Positions 29,124 to 39,498 are shown, counted from the first letter of the stretch. The stretch: 64,000 nucleotides of DNA from Candidatus Curtissbacteria bacterium (GCA_030647775.1 JAUSJC010000010.1:6208-70207); one strand, 5' to 3'. Numbers and translations: made by a program. The notes: generated by a model not told the origin, from the sequence alone.

Positions 29124-29627
29124 ATGACAAAACTAAAGTTGGACGAAAATTTCGTAGCGGAAAACGTCAGGCAAATCATCGAAATGCTCGGCGTTTCGGC
29201 AACCGCCGAAGTTTCTAAAGAAGAAGACACTTTAGGCCCGCAGTCCGAAGGACGAGGACCGCATGGCCCTGTATACGTCGTGGATATTAGCTCCGAAGAC
29301 TCATCTCTTCTAATAGGCAAACACGGTGCCAACCTCGAAAGCCTGCAGTTTATTCTTGCCGTCCGCCTCAAAACTTTAACCGGTCAGGACGATTTTGAAA
29401 TTTTTGTTGACGTGGACAATTTTCGCAGGCAAAAAGAAGACCGTTTAGAAAAAATGGCCCGCCAGATCGCCGAAAAAGTCGGCCAAACCGGCAATCCGGA
29501 GCCCCTCTATGATTTATCTCCGTCAGAACGCCGCCTCATCCACACAATTCTTACCGATAATCCGCAAGTCACCACGATTTCTGAAGGCGAAGGCATTGAC
29601 CGTCACCTAATCATAAAACCTAAGTAA
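29124..29627 (+). CDS. jag: Jag/EloR (KH + R3H) RNA-binding protein
   Basis: LLIGKHGANLESLQ; ERRLIH; start moved to ATG 29124 because the upstream extension lies in a repeat. Confidence 0.9.
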   Translation: MTKLKLDENFVAENVRQIIEMLGVSATAEVSKEEDTLGPQSEGRGPHGPVYVVDISSEDSSLLIGKHGANLESLQFILAVRLKTLTGQDDFEIFVDVDNFRRQKEDRLEKMARQIAEKVGQTGNPEPLYDLSPSERRLIHTILTDNPQVTTISEGEGIDRHLIIKPK

Positions 29628-29702
29628 TTAGGTATTAGCACTTAGAGCTTAGTAATCCGCAAACTAACCTCTAACCTCTAATAGCTAATGGCTTAAAAAC
29701 TT

Positions 29703-30938
29703 ATGGCCAAATCAGATTTTCTCTTTTTGCTAGTTTTAGCAAGTATTCCTATCCAGCTCGGCCGCCACTTTTTCTTCCCCTACTCGTACGTTCTTGGCTT
29801 GCCTATCGATTACCGCGCCCTCACAATTTATGTTTCCGATATTTTTGTAATTTTGTATCTGGCTGCGTTCTTTTGGGAGAACCGAACCAAGATAAAATCA
29901 ATCTACAAGAGTTACAAAACCATTATCAATATAATTGCCGCCTTTAACGCTTATCTTTTTATAAGTTCACTATTATTTTCCCTTTCGGGACAAGCTTCGC
30001 TGGTTTTTGTTGCGAAGATAATCATTTTCAGTTTGCTGGGAATTGCGTCGGCCGTAAGCTTCTCGCGAAAAACCACGCTTAAGCCGGGCATTTTAATCCT
30101 CAAAATCGCCATGGTTCTGGAATCGCTAGTCCTCTTGGCGCAGTTCATCCTCCAGCGGTCAATCGGTTTAGGAATTTTAGGTGAACGGACTTTCGATACA
30201 ACAACACCATCAATAGCTCATGTTGAACTTTTTGGTAACCAGCTCCTTCGTCCCTACGGCACTTTTCCGCACCCTAATGTTGCCGCCGCCTTTTTGGTTT
30301 TCGGATTAATATTGCTTTTGGGGTCAAATCGAATCAAAAAACCAAAATTAGACCAAATGGCGCTTCTCTTTGCCGCCGCCGGACTCATCGCAACTTTTTC
30401 CAAATCAGCCTTCGCGGCAATCGCCGTTGCTCTTGGGATAATCTTTGCCAAGAAAAAAGTATTTTTGATTTTAGTCCTCGCCCTTTTGGCCATAGGAATT
30501 TTAATTCTCAAAAATACTTCCGATTCTTCTCTCCCGACCATTTCCGAACGCATGGTTCTCATCCAAAAAAGCCTGGATATCTCTCTCCTCAACCCGGCCT
30601 TCGGTGTCGGGGCCAATAATTTTATTTTGGAGCTTTCGAAGGCGAACCTATTTTCCGTTAGCCAAATCCGCCTGCTCCAGCCGGTCCACAATATATTTTT
30701 CTTAATCCTGGCCGAAAACGGCATCATCGGCCTCCTGCTTTTTACGGCGCTTTTGTTTGTTGTCTTAAAATCCGTCAATACCAAAACCAAACTTGCCCTT
30801 TTCGTATCGATCCTAATCTTCGGCAGTGTCGACCATTTTCTCTGGACGCTCCAGCAGGGCCAGCTCCTCCTCTGGCTCTCAATCGGCTATATCCTCAGTT
30901 CTTCTCCTTTCATCGCGAGGAGCGAAGCGACGAAGTGA
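29703..30938 (+). CDS. O-antigen ligase (WaaL/Wzy_C) family protein
   Basis: RPYGTFPHPN, FGVGANNF, PVHNIFFLILAENGIIG. Confidence 0.85.
   Translation: MAKSDFLFLLVLASIPIQLGRHFFFPYSYVLGLPIDYRALTIYVSDIFVILYLAAFFWENRTKIKSIYKSYKTIINIIAAFNAYLFISSLLFSLSGQASLVFVAKIIIFSLLGIASAVSFSRKTTLKPGILILKIAMVLESLVLLAQFILQRSIGLGILGERTFDTTTPSIAHVELFGNQLLRPYGTFPHPNVAAAFLVFGLILLLGSNRIKKPKLDQMALLFAAAGLIATFSKSAFAAIAVALGIIFAKKKVFLILVLALLAIGILILKNTSDSSLPTISERMVLIQKSLDISLLNPAFGVGANNFILELSKANLFSVSQIRLLQPVHNIFFLILAENGIIGLLLFTALLFVVLKSVNTKTKLALFVSILIFGSVDHFLWTLQQGQLLLWLSIGYILSSSPFIARSEATK
30829..30875 (+). repeat. 47-bp direct repeat, copy 1 (3' end of O-antigen ligase gene)
   Basis: Identical to 31758-31804. Confidence 0.9.
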
Positions 30939-31080
30939 TCTAAAACACGTCATTCTGGGGAGTGGAACGACTCCAGAATCCCTCACAGCAGATTCTGGAC
31001 CCGACATCACTAAAGTTAAGACGGGCAGGCAAGCTCGAACAATAAAATCCTCTATTCTTCGAACGAAGTGAGAAGTTCTC
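30910..31080. repeat. Cluster of REP-like palindromes
   Basis: TCATCGCGAGGAGCGAAGCGACGAAGTGATCT; GTCATTCTGGGGAGTGGAACGACTCCAGAATC (near-copy at 33112); TTCTTCGAACGAAGTGAGAAG (near-copy at 56248). Confidence 0.7.
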
Positions 31081-31159
31081 CTGTAACAATGTAGCAATTT
31101 AACAGATGAAGCGAATTTTGAGCGAAGATCAAAGAACCACGGTCTTTAGGGGCGGATAT

Positions 31160-31399
31160 CTATTGCCAGTTAAAAACCGGTACTCTAATAATAGTTTGGG
31201 CTTTGACTTTTTCCGCCGCTTGTTTTTTTACAAGAGTGTCAAGCTTTTTGGAAATTTCGGCACTATAGTATCTTTCACCACATTGACTGCAGACTTCGAT
31301 CGGGACATTCTTGACCACAAAAAGTTTATCCCCCCACCTGAAGTCCACATCAACGATTTTAATTTCAGTTTTTCCTTTACAAAAATAACAACTAGACAC
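31160..31399 (-). CDS. YgiT-type zinc finger protein (MqsA-like antitoxin)
   Basis: CYFC...VKNVPIEVCSQCGERYY. Confidence 0.88.
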   Translation of the reverse strand: MSSCYFCKGKTEIKIVDVDFRWGDKLFVVKNVPIEVCSQCGERYYSAEISKKLDTLVKKQAAEKVKAQTIIRVPVFNWQ

Positions 31400-31712
31400 G
31401 GTTTTTCAACTCCTTTGCTCTTTTCTTAAAATTTATCCAAGTAGGCGGTTTCGGTCTATAGACAGTAACAAGCAGCAATCTGCTGTTTCTTTTACCGCAA
31501 ACTACGTGGAGCGGTTTATCGCCAAGCTTGCCTGCTACAAGACAACTTTCGCCTCTGGGGTCGCTTGGATACTCTTCTATTATACTACCTTCGAGAAGAC
31601 ACTGTTCTATTTCAGCTACAGTGATTTGCTCTTCCTGCCTTTCTCTATGGGCATGACTTGAAAGATCATATTCCTGATTCAAAACCTTCTTCCTTATGAA
31701 GGAAATTTTCAT
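31392..31712 (-). CDS. DUF4258 family putative toxin
   Basis: SSHAHRE...IIEEYPSDPRGESCLV...PLHVVC...VTVYRP. Confidence 0.88.
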   Translation of the reverse strand: MKISFIRKKVLNQEYDLSSHAHRERQEEQITVAEIEQCLLEGSIIEEYPSDPRGESCLVAGKLGDKPLHVVCGKRNSRLLLVTVYRPKPPTWINFKKRAKELKNRV

Positions 31713-31757
31713 ATTGGCATTTTAGCAGAAAATTCATCTTCCAGGTTTTTGGTAGCA

Positions 31758-31852
31758 TCGACCATTTTCTCTGGACGCTCCAGCAGGGCCAGCTCCTCCT
31801 CTGGTTCTCGCTAGGTTATATTTTAAGTTCGCAAAAATCCCATCCAAGCTGA
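31758..31852 (+). pseudogene. Orphan duplicate of the O-antigen ligase 3' end (repeat copy 2)
   Basis: With a few upstream bases reads FGSIDHFLWTLQQGQLLLWFSLGYILSSQKSHPS*; gene reads FGSVDHFLWTLQQGQLLLWLSIGYILSS. Confidence 0.85.
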
Positions 31853-31864
31853 TATATTAACCTC

Positions 31865-33208
31865 GTGGTCAAAAAGGTTTTTTATAACGTAGCCTCACAG
31901 GTTTTTGGCAAAGGCTTAACAGCTTCAGCGACTTTCATCGTTACCATCTTAATTTCCCGTGCTCTTGGTGAAACCGGCTACGGTGATTTTACAAAAATTG
32001 CTGTTTTCGTCGGCTATTTTTATACTCTCGCCGATTTCGGCCTCAACTCAATCTATATAAAAATTGCCGACGACAAGAACCAAATCAGCCTTTTAAAAAC
32101 CCTGCTTGGCACACGTCTTTTGATGGCGGTAAGTCTGGCAACCATTGCAAGTGCCATCGGCTTTTTAGTTCCCTATAATCCGGCAACCGCCACCGGTTTC
32201 TCTCCGCTGGTCAAAATCGGCATTGCCATAGCGTCTCTTACTATCATCACTCAAGCCGCTTACACCACTTCAAATGCCCTTTTCCAGAAAAAGCTGCGCT
32301 ATGATCTTTCGACAATTGCCGTTGCCACGGGAGCGATCGCTGTTCTTATCGGCACACTTTTGGTAACGGTTATGGGCGGCGGCGTTCTTGCCTACACTGC
32401 AATTTATGTAATCCAGGGCATCGTCAATGTGATAGTTGCCTACTTTTTTATCCGCAAACTAACCGGGCTGAAAGTTGTGCCAAAGTTTTTAAAAGAGGAC
32501 GCTAAAAAAATAATTTCAGGCGCCTGGCCGGTTGGTATTGCCTTAATCTTAAACCTCATTTATTTTAGAATCGACGTTTTTATTCTTTCCAATTTCAGAT
32601 CAAGCGCCGAAGTCGGGGTCTACGGCCTTGCCTACCAGTTTTTCGAAGCGGCGCTGACAGTTCCCATCTTTTTTGCCAACAGCATCTATCCGCCGCTGTC
32701 CCAGCTTGCCTCAAAAAACTACGGGGAATTTAAGTCGAAAGTTAATTTCTGGCTTTTGACGTTAACAGGGATATCTATCCTGCTCGTGATATTTTTGGAG
32801 GTCATCGCCAATTTTATCCCGTTCATTTATCAAGGCCGTTTTATGGGCTCGGTCCTCTCTCTTAAGATTCTTGCCCTCGGCATGCCCTTTTTCTTTGCCT
32901 CCGCCCTTCTTTGGCACACGCTCATAATTTTTGGCAGGCAAAAATTTCTAATTTTAATTTATGGCATTGGTGCCGCCTTTAATTTAATTGCCAACTTAAT
33001 TTTTATACCTCAATATGGCTACATGGCTGCAACCGTCATCACGGTTATATCCGAAGCCCTCGTTCTTGCTCTTCTTGCCGTTGCGTACAGGTATTTCTCT
33101 AATAAGAAACCTGTCATTCTGGGGAGTGAAACGACTCCAGAATCCACAAGAAAACAGATTCTGGACAAGTCTTTCGACCCCGAGCTCAAGACCGAGGGGC
33201 CAGAATGA
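31865..33208 (+). CDS. Polysaccharide flippase (Wzx/MOP family)
   Basis: LADFGLN, IYFRIDVFIL, VGVYGLAY, NLIFIPQYG; C-terminal ~30 aa derive from repeats. Confidence 0.88.
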   Translation: MVKKVFYNVASQVFGKGLTASATFIVTILISRALGETGYGDFTKIAVFVGYFYTLADFGLNSIYIKIADDKNQISLLKTLLGTRLLMAVSLATIASAIGFLVPYNPATATGFSPLVKIGIAIASLTIITQAAYTTSNALFQKKLRYDLSTIAVATGAIAVLIGTLLVTVMGGGVLAYTAIYVIQGIVNVIVAYFFIRKLTGLKVVPKFLKEDAKKIISGAWPVGIALILNLIYFRIDVFILSNFRSSAEVGVYGLAYQFFEAALTVPIFFANSIYPPLSQLASKNYGEFKSKVNFWLLTLTGISILLVIFLEVIANFIPFIYQGRFMGSVLSLKILALGMPFFFASALLWHTLIIFGRQKFLILIYGIGAAFNLIANLIFIPQYGYMAATVITVISEALVLALLAVAYRYFSNKKPVILGSETTPESTRKQILDKSFDPELKTEGPE

Positions 33209-33642
33209 CAAGTGGTAAACGATCAACAATGAACGATGAACCAATAACTATTTTTACCGACGGCGGTTCCCGCGGTAATCCCGGCCAAGCTGCTTATGGC
33301 TTTGTCGTCAAGACAGGTGGTAAAAACGTCAAAGAGGCCGGCGGCATACTCGGCGTTGCAACCAACAACTTTGCCGAGTATACTGCCGTCATTCGCGCCC
33401 TTGAATACGCTAAAGAGAAATTTGCGGGTCGCGACATCAAGTTTTATATGGATTCGAACCTTGTCGCTTCCCAGCTTTCCGGCCTTTTCAAAATCAAAAA
33501 TGCCGTCATTCGCGAACTCGTCTTTAAAGTCCGCCAGCTCGAATCAAGCTTCGGTCAGATCACCTACACCCATGTGCCCAGAGAAAAAAATAAAGAGGCC
33601 GATGCCCAGGTGAACCTTGCCCTTGATCAGGACTTAAGATAA
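33205..33642 (+). CDS. rnhA: Ribonuclease HI
   Basis: FTDGGSRGNPG, TNNFAEY, DS, HVPREKNKEAD. Confidence 0.93.
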   Translation: MTSGKRSTMNDEPITIFTDGGSRGNPGQAAYGFVVKTGGKNVKEAGGILGVATNNFAEYTAVIRALEYAKEKFAGRDIKFYMDSNLVASQLSGLFKIKNAVIRELVFKVRQLESSFGQITYTHVPREKNKEADAQVNLALDQDLR

Positions 33643-33647
33643 AACCA

Positions 33648-34232
33648 ATGGAACTACGCCAGTACATCGCAGTAATCAAAAAAAATATTCTGATTAGCGT
33701 CGTCGCTACGGTTTTGGGTGCTGTTGTTGCTTTCTATTTCTCTCTAAATTTCCAAGCAGGCTATAAATTTGAGCAAACATTTTTTCTTTCGAGTTTACGA
33801 GAAACAAGCACTCTTATATCGCCGCAAGAAACATCGGCAGATACCCCTCAAAACAGCTATTATAGCCTCGAAAAGGCCCGCGACTTTACAGATTCCGCCG
33901 TGGCTATTTTGCAAAGCCCCGATTTCACAGGCAGCCTGGACACCAAAGGGTCAGTGGCCGCGAGAAAACTTGCCCCCCAAGTTATTAAAATCACGACCAT
34001 AGAGGGAGATCGCCAGTCGGCAAAAAGCGCAATGGGGAAAGTCGCAAGTTCTTTCAACGCGAAAATTAAAGAGCTTCAGCCAAGCTCAACTCTCCAGATA
34101 AATACGATCGGCAAAGTTCCCGATCCCGAGCCGGCAGGACCATCTTCCAAAATCGTCTTGGCTTTCGGCGCGGCTTTCGGTTTTGTCGTTTCACTGATAG
34201 CGATCGGTCTCAAAACATACTTCAGGCTTTAA
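33648..34232 (+). CDS. Wzz/CapA-like chain-length regulator
   Basis: MELRQYIAVIKK plus TM; C-terminal Pro motif plus TM. Confidence 0.7.
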   Translation: MELRQYIAVIKKNILISVVATVLGAVVAFYFSLNFQAGYKFEQTFFLSSLRETSTLISPQETSADTPQNSYYSLEKARDFTDSAVAILQSPDFTGSLDTKGSVAARKLAPQVIKITTIEGDRQSAKSAMGKVASSFNAKIKELQPSSTLQINTIGKVPDPEPAGPSSKIVLAFGAAFGFVVSLIAIGLKTYFRL

Positions 34233-34248
34233 ACCCCAAGCCAATCCT

Positions 34249-34333
34249 GTCATTCCGAGGGAGCGAAAGAATCTCATCGATAGATTGCGGAGCTTGTCCT
34301 GAGCGGAGCGAAGGATCTCTTCTCGCAATGACA
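34249..34333. repeat. REP-like GTCATT...AATGAC element with nested palindrome
   Basis: GTCATTCCGAGGGAGCGAAAGAATCT ... AGATTGC...TCGCAATGAC. Confidence 0.7.
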
Positions 34334-34394
34334 TAGAGACGACCGATTGCCCTTAAAGTGACATCATTGTAAGATTTATGCAGCCGTTTCTAAC

Positions 34395-37304
34395 ATGGAA
34401 AATTCTGCCACCCAAAAAGTTCAAGTATTAATTACCGATGTCGGTAACTATCTTGGCCACCAACTGGCGAAATCCTTGCTTTCTTCCGGCGCGCAGGTGT
34501 TTGGCCTTGCAAAGAGCCACACCCAAGAAGAACTTTTGGGTCAAAAAGATTTTACCCTCTTGGAGCTTGATCTCGCCCAGCCTCTCCCGGCCCACCTTCC
34601 AAAATTTGACCTTGCCTTTTTTATTTCTCACGACCAGAGTCCATTTACGCCCGGCCTTTCGGCTATGCCGCATTTTTCAACTGCCCTTTCCAACATTCTT
34701 ACACTCTCCCATCTAAACCAAATCAAGGTCATACTTACCCTCCCGATCACAACAGACCCGGAAATTTATGATTATTTGGCCAAAACAGAGGAGGAAAGGC
34801 AAAAGCTTACGGTTTTCTTGCTCGGCGATGTTTACGGTCCGGGTTTGGATTTAAAATCTTCCGAAAAGCTGGCCAACCTGATTTCCCAGGCCGTTTATTC
34901 CAACAAGGTAATTTTAGAAAATGAAGGCCTCGATACGATTTACCCCGCTTACATTTCCGATATTATTTCGGCTCTCGCCAAATTTGCCACAAGCGAAAGT
35001 TATGATTCCCGAAAAGTCCATATCGTCTCCGGCGGTCCAATGACAACGCTTTCTGTGGGCTACGAAATCCAAAAAGCGGCAAGACTTATTCTAGGTAAAG
35101 AAGTGGATCTCTTTTTCGCGGGCCTTGGCCCATCTTCTCCAACACCCCAGCAAATTATTAAATCTTATGACCAGAGCTTCCTTCCGATAGTCGGTCTGGC
35201 TGAAGGGTTAGCGCAAACTTTTGACTATTTTGCCAAAGAGAAAAGACCGGCGCTCCATCACTTCGTGCATCACCCGCCAAGCCAACCGGTTCAAGTGGCG
35301 CCAGAAAAACCTCGAGGCATCCTAAAAGATATTACTGCAAAAATCCCCCACCACGGCATAAAAAGAACCTCAAAACCAAATCGCAAAAAAATCGGCATGG
35401 TTTTGGGGGCGATTATTCTCCTTTTCATAGCCAAAACCGGCCTCGATGTTTTCTTGGGAATTTCCCGTCTCGAATCTGCCGGAAGTGCGATAGCGTCCGG
35501 TGATTTTAAAAAAGCCCAAAACAGCTCTGCCGCTGCCGCCGGTTCTTTCAAAAACGCCCGCGGAGAAATCGGCTTAATTTTGTCACCTTTTTCCCTTATC
35601 TTCCCCCAAAAAACTCAAAGTATTGATCTCACCTTCGACGCAATAGAAAATTCCTCCACTGCCCTGTCTCATTTGGCCGAAGGGGCTTCCCAGCTTGGCA
35701 TGAACCTTTCGATCGTTTCCCAAAAAGACGCCCGCCCGCCAACGACTGATGCCCCGCCTGACTTCGAGTTGACGAAGTCAAGTCGGGCAGGCGTAGGCAA
35801 TGTCGGGCAGGTTAAAGCCGACGGGTTGGATCTTGAGTCTCCGCAGGTAGATTTTAGGTCTGCATTTTTTGCATCCTCCCGCGCCCAGGAGCTGGCAAAA
35901 AAAGCCAAAGCCGCGAGCCCTTTTCCCTCAAAAATTGAAGCGATCAGGCAAGCGGCGGCAGATTTGAACAGCGTAAGCCAATCGGCCTTTGACCTTTCTA
36001 ATTTGATTGTTGATTTAGTAGGCCAAGCAGGGCCTAAATCTTATTTACTTCTTCTGGAAAATAATACCGAACTGCGCCCGGGCGGCGGTTTTATTGGCAA
36101 TATCGGCACGATCGACTTCGAGGCTGGCCGCCTGAAAAATATTTCGGTGGACGATGTCTATAACGTCGATGGCCAATTGAAAGAAAAAATTACTCCACCC
36201 GTGCAAATCAAAGAAAAACTGGGGGCAGACCGATTTTATCTTCGCGATTCCGGCTGGAGTCCGGATTTTCAGCTGAATTCCCAAATTGCCCGTGATTTTT
36301 TCAAAAAAGAAACCGGTAAAAACGTTGACGGAGTAATTAGTTTAGACTTGACCTTTATGCAAAAAATTTTGGGGAAAACCGGCCCCGTCAAACTTTCCGA
36401 TTTCAACGAAGAAATTTCAGCCGCAAATCTCTTTGAGCGGGGCGAGTACTACAGCGAAGTTGGTTTTTTCCCGGGTTCGACCCAAAAACGTGATTTTTTT
36501 GGTGCCCTTGCGCGGACTCTTATAAATCGCACCCTGTCGAGTTTAAATGCCAAAGACCAGACCAAAGATAAAATTTCGATGCTCTCATTAATTGAAGTTT
36601 TCAAAGAAGGTCTTGCTCAAAAGCACGTTATGTTTACTTTCGATAGCCCCGGTCTTGCCGCTTATGTTCGCACCCACGGCTGGAATCGGCCAATTCCTCC
36701 CGCAACTTTTAACCCCGGTGACGATACCGGGCAAACGCGCGATTTTCTGGCGCTTTCCGAAGCCAACCTTGGTGCCAACAAAGCTAATCGCTTCATCGAC
36801 CGCAAAATTTCCTACGAGATGACAATCGGCCGCGACGCCGATTTGGTTGCCAACCTTAAAATCATCTATACCAATAATTCCCAGGCCGATACCTGGCCTG
36901 CCGGCAAATACGTTAACTTTCTTAGGGTCTATACTCCGGGCCTAATTACCCTGCTTTCTGTCAACGGATCCGACAAAATTGATCCGAAAGCTGTCCAGGT
37001 GAGTACGCTTGGCAACCTCTCATCAATTTCAACTTATGTCGAAGTTCCCATTAAATCGACGAAAGAGATAACTTTCTCTTACCGCCTCCCCAAAAGCATA
37101 AAATTAGAAACTGCGCCCGTTTATAATCTCTACGTCCAAAAGCAGCCCGGTACGTTAGAGGATCCGTTTGAATTTAAATTCAACCTCCCCGGCTATCTTG
37201 TTACCAAATCGGTAAATGGTCAGGATCAAAACACTCAAAACCTAAACATCAAAACCAATCTGCTGGTAGACCGTGAGTTCAAAGTAGAAGTCGCGAAGAA
37301 ATAA
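34395..37304 (+). CDS. DUF4012 protein with degenerate N-terminal NAD-dependent epimerase-like domain
   Basis: VLITDVGNYLG; YLLLLENNTELRPGGGFIG; LRDSGWSPDF; NLGANKAN; VQKQPG. Confidence 0.8.
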   Translation: MENSATQKVQVLITDVGNYLGHQLAKSLLSSGAQVFGLAKSHTQEELLGQKDFTLLELDLAQPLPAHLPKFDLAFFISHDQSPFTPGLSAMPHFSTALSNILTLSHLNQIKVILTLPITTDPEIYDYLAKTEEERQKLTVFLLGDVYGPGLDLKSSEKLANLISQAVYSNKVILENEGLDTIYPAYISDIISALAKFATSESYDSRKVHIVSGGPMTTLSVGYEIQKAARLILGKEVDLFFAGLGPSSPTPQQIIKSYDQSFLPIVGLAEGLAQTFDYFAKEKRPALHHFVHHPPSQPVQVAPEKPRGILKDITAKIPHHGIKRTSKPNRKKIGMVLGAIILLFIAKTGLDVFLGISRLESAGSAIASGDFKKAQNSSAAAAGSFKNARGEIGLILSPFSLIFPQKTQSIDLTFDAIENSSTALSHLAEGASQLGMNLSIVSQKDARPPTTDAPPDFELTKSSRAGVGNVGQVKADGLDLESPQVDFRSAFFASSRAQELAKKAKAASPFPSKIEAIRQAAADLNSVSQSAFDLSNLIVDLVGQAGPKSYLLLLENNTELRPGGGFIGNIGTIDFEAGRLKNISVDDVYNVDGQLKEKITPPVQIKEKLGADRFYLRDSGWSPDFQLNSQIARDFFKKETGKNVDGVISLDLTFMQKILGKTGPVKLSDFNEEISAANLFERGEYYSEVGFFPGSTQKRDFFGALARTLINRTLSSLNAKDQTKDKISMLSLIEVFKEGLAQKHVMFTFDSPGLAAYVRTHGWNRPIPPATFNPGDDTGQTRDFLALSEANLGANKANRFIDRKISYEMTIGRDADLVANLKIIYTNNSQADTWPAGKYVNFLRVYTPGLITLLSVNGSDKIDPKAVQVSTLGNLSSISTYVEVPIKSTKEITFSYRLPKSIKLETAPVYNLYVQKQPGTLEDPFEFKFNLPGYLVTKSVNGQDQNTQNLNIKTNLLVDREFKVEVAKK

Positions 37305-39158
37305 TTAACGGTTTTCTGTGGTTATCGATTTGATGGATTGGGACGCTATCGACCCGAAAAGCATCAAAAGAAGCAATAAGATACCTTTACCGCCTAATTT
37401 ACTCAAAAGCTCTTTGGTATCTTTGGCACCCATTTCTTCCTTCCGTTCATTAATTTCTGCTTTAATATCCGGCTTCTTTTCAGCCTCTGCCAATATGGCA
37501 TTTGCTCCCCACTCACTCCCCGCAATAATTTCTGCCTCATCCTCGGTAATTCCCTCGGTGTTAGTTTTTGCCCGTATCAATTCCCCGACAACTTTCGGCC
37601 CTAGCTGGGCGACCGATTCGGGATTGGCAACTACTCCTTCGATTTCTTCGTCGGTTAAAATTCTCTCACCTGTTGCCGGGTCAGTGGCTTTATTTAGCGC
37701 ACTTTTAACAAGCGGACCCATTTTTTCTGATTGCGCCAGACCAACAAAATCCTTATGGATTCCTTCGCTGTCATATTTTCCCGGCACCAACTTTTCCCCG
37801 CCAAAGTAGCCTGCAAATAAACCTTCTGGTACCCCTGCCGCATTGTCACCACCCCTAAAAATACCATGAACTTTTCTCGCCGGCCCTCGTTCATATTTTT
37901 TCTTAATTCCGGCAAGTAGAGCCTTCTGTATTTTATCCTGGCTGTTTGCAATCCCTTCCTCAAGCATCTTGCTCCAAGTCTGTTCTGCCAAATTAATTTT
38001 TCCCGAAAGATAATTGTAAGTAGCGTCTGTGATTATATTTTGCAAACCATCTACGAACTGTTCTTCCGCTTGTTTTCTGCCGACTAAAGTAATTTCCAAC
38101 TCGCTTGCAGCCAAAGAAAAATCCCTTATCGCATCATCGAGGCCCCCTTGTAAATCAATCCGCTTAGCTTCTATTTGGCCTTTTCTCTCATAAAGATGCG
38201 CCTTTTCTCTTTCTAAAACCTCTTTTTTTGCTAGCTTACTCCTTGTGGAAGCGAGTTCTCTACGATAGCGATCCGCCTCTTGTCTTTTTTGGGCAAGCTG
38301 CTCCGTTATCTGCGTTGCGTCCTTACCCTTTATAAGCATTCCTAGTTGTAAATTTTCCAGATTTTTTACGTCAGTCCTTGCTTCCTCATACATTACTTGC
38401 GTTTCGTCAAGACTTGCCTGCAAGGCTGGGGCTTCTGCTTCGAGATTTCTAAGCTCCGTTAGCTTCGCACCCACTTTTCCGTTGCGGTCTTCAAACTGCT
38501 CTATTTGAATGTCAACACTTTCTCTTTCTCCGCTAGCCCTCGCCACCTCTGCTTCAGCACTCTCCCTCTTCGTCTTCGCATTTTTCGATTTTTCGCGGGC
38601 ATCCCCGGCGTTAACATTGATCAATCGATCCTTACTGGTCGCCTCTGCGTGACTATCGCGGACTTGGGACAAAAAGTCCGGATCTTTCATTAGCAGCGAA
38701 ACCTCGCTGTTTATTTCTTGATCGTTCAGGCTTTCCCATCTCGATTTCAATTCCGGCACAGCTTCCACCAACCCCCGGACAGATTGGACTGCAACTCTCC
38801 TCTGGTCAGTAGTCAAACCATCAACACCTTTTTCTATTAGTGCCTCTGCTAGATCGTTAAATTTTTTCGCCTCGTCAAACTTTCTTTGTTGCTCGGTACT
38901 TCTCTGAACCGAGCCATCCTCATTTAGCTCTCCCGAAATATTTTTATCTATTATTTTTTGGGAATCGGCTTTATTGACCGGGCGAGTCTGCTCGAGGGAC
39001 TGTAAAATTGTATGAGGATCTTCGTTAGCCATTCGCTCTCGTAGGGCTTTAGCTTGCTTTACTTCGGCAGATTCTTGCCCTTGAGCATTTTCCGTTTTGC
39101 GGATAACCGCTTCCGCAATCACCGGTTTTGCTTCAGCTAGGCTTGGAGGGGTAGGCAT
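37305..39158 (-). CDS. Coiled-coil hypothetical protein with C-terminal hydrophobic segment
   Basis: Long E/K/Q/R heptad region; GILLLLLMLFG near the C terminus. Confidence 0.75.
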   Translation of the reverse strand: MPTPPSLAEAKPVIAEAVIRKTENAQGQESAEVKQAKALRERMANEDPHTILQSLEQTRPVNKADSQKIIDKNISGELNEDGSVQRSTEQQRKFDEAKKFNDLAEALIEKGVDGLTTDQRRVAVQSVRGLVEAVPELKSRWESLNDQEINSEVSLLMKDPDFLSQVRDSHAEATSKDRLINVNAGDAREKSKNAKTKRESAEAEVARASGERESVDIQIEQFEDRNGKVGAKLTELRNLEAEAPALQASLDETQVMYEEARTDVKNLENLQLGMLIKGKDATQITEQLAQKRQEADRYRRELASTRSKLAKKEVLEREKAHLYERKGQIEAKRIDLQGGLDDAIRDFSLAASELEITLVGRKQAEEQFVDGLQNIITDATYNYLSGKINLAEQTWSKMLEEGIANSQDKIQKALLAGIKKKYERGPARKVHGIFRGGDNAAGVPEGLFAGYFGGEKLVPGKYDSEGIHKDFVGLAQSEKMGPLVKSALNKATDPATGERILTDEEIEGVVANPESVAQLGPKVVGELIRAKTNTEGITEDEAEIIAGSEWGANAILAEAEKKPDIKAEINERKEEMGAKDTKELLSKLGGKGILLLLLMLFGSIASQSIKSITTENR

Positions 39159-39159
39159 T

Positions 39160-39498
39160 TTAGGATTTAGTAACTGTTTTCGCTAGGCTGATTGCTTCTT
39201 CCACATTGCCGCTTTTGGCAAGATTCAAAACTTGTTCTTCTATTTTATCTTCATGCGCTTCTTGTACCTCTCCCTTTTCAAGGAGCGCCAAATTCTGGAA
39301 AATTGGCCATTTGGAAGAAAGATCAGTCAAAAATTTCATCACTTGTTCGTGGGTCATAACGTTCTCGAGTCCCGAGAGCACAAAACCGGCTATCGTCGGC
39401 AACTCGTCGCTCGTAAGTTTGTTGTCTTCAAGGCCGTCGATTATTTGCTCAAGAATTTTTCTCTCTAACTCTTTCTTGTGCTGGTCGTTTATATCCAT
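39160..39498 (-). CDS. Small acidic hypothetical protein
   Basis: ORF with an upstream TTGACT promoter-like site; 1 nt from the next gene. Confidence 0.7.
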   Translation of the reverse strand: MDINDQHKKELERKILEQIIDGLEDNKLTSDELPTIAGFVLSGLENVMTHEQVMKFLTDLSSKWPIFQNLALLEKGEVQEAHEDKIEEQVLNLAKSGNVEEAISLAKTVTKS

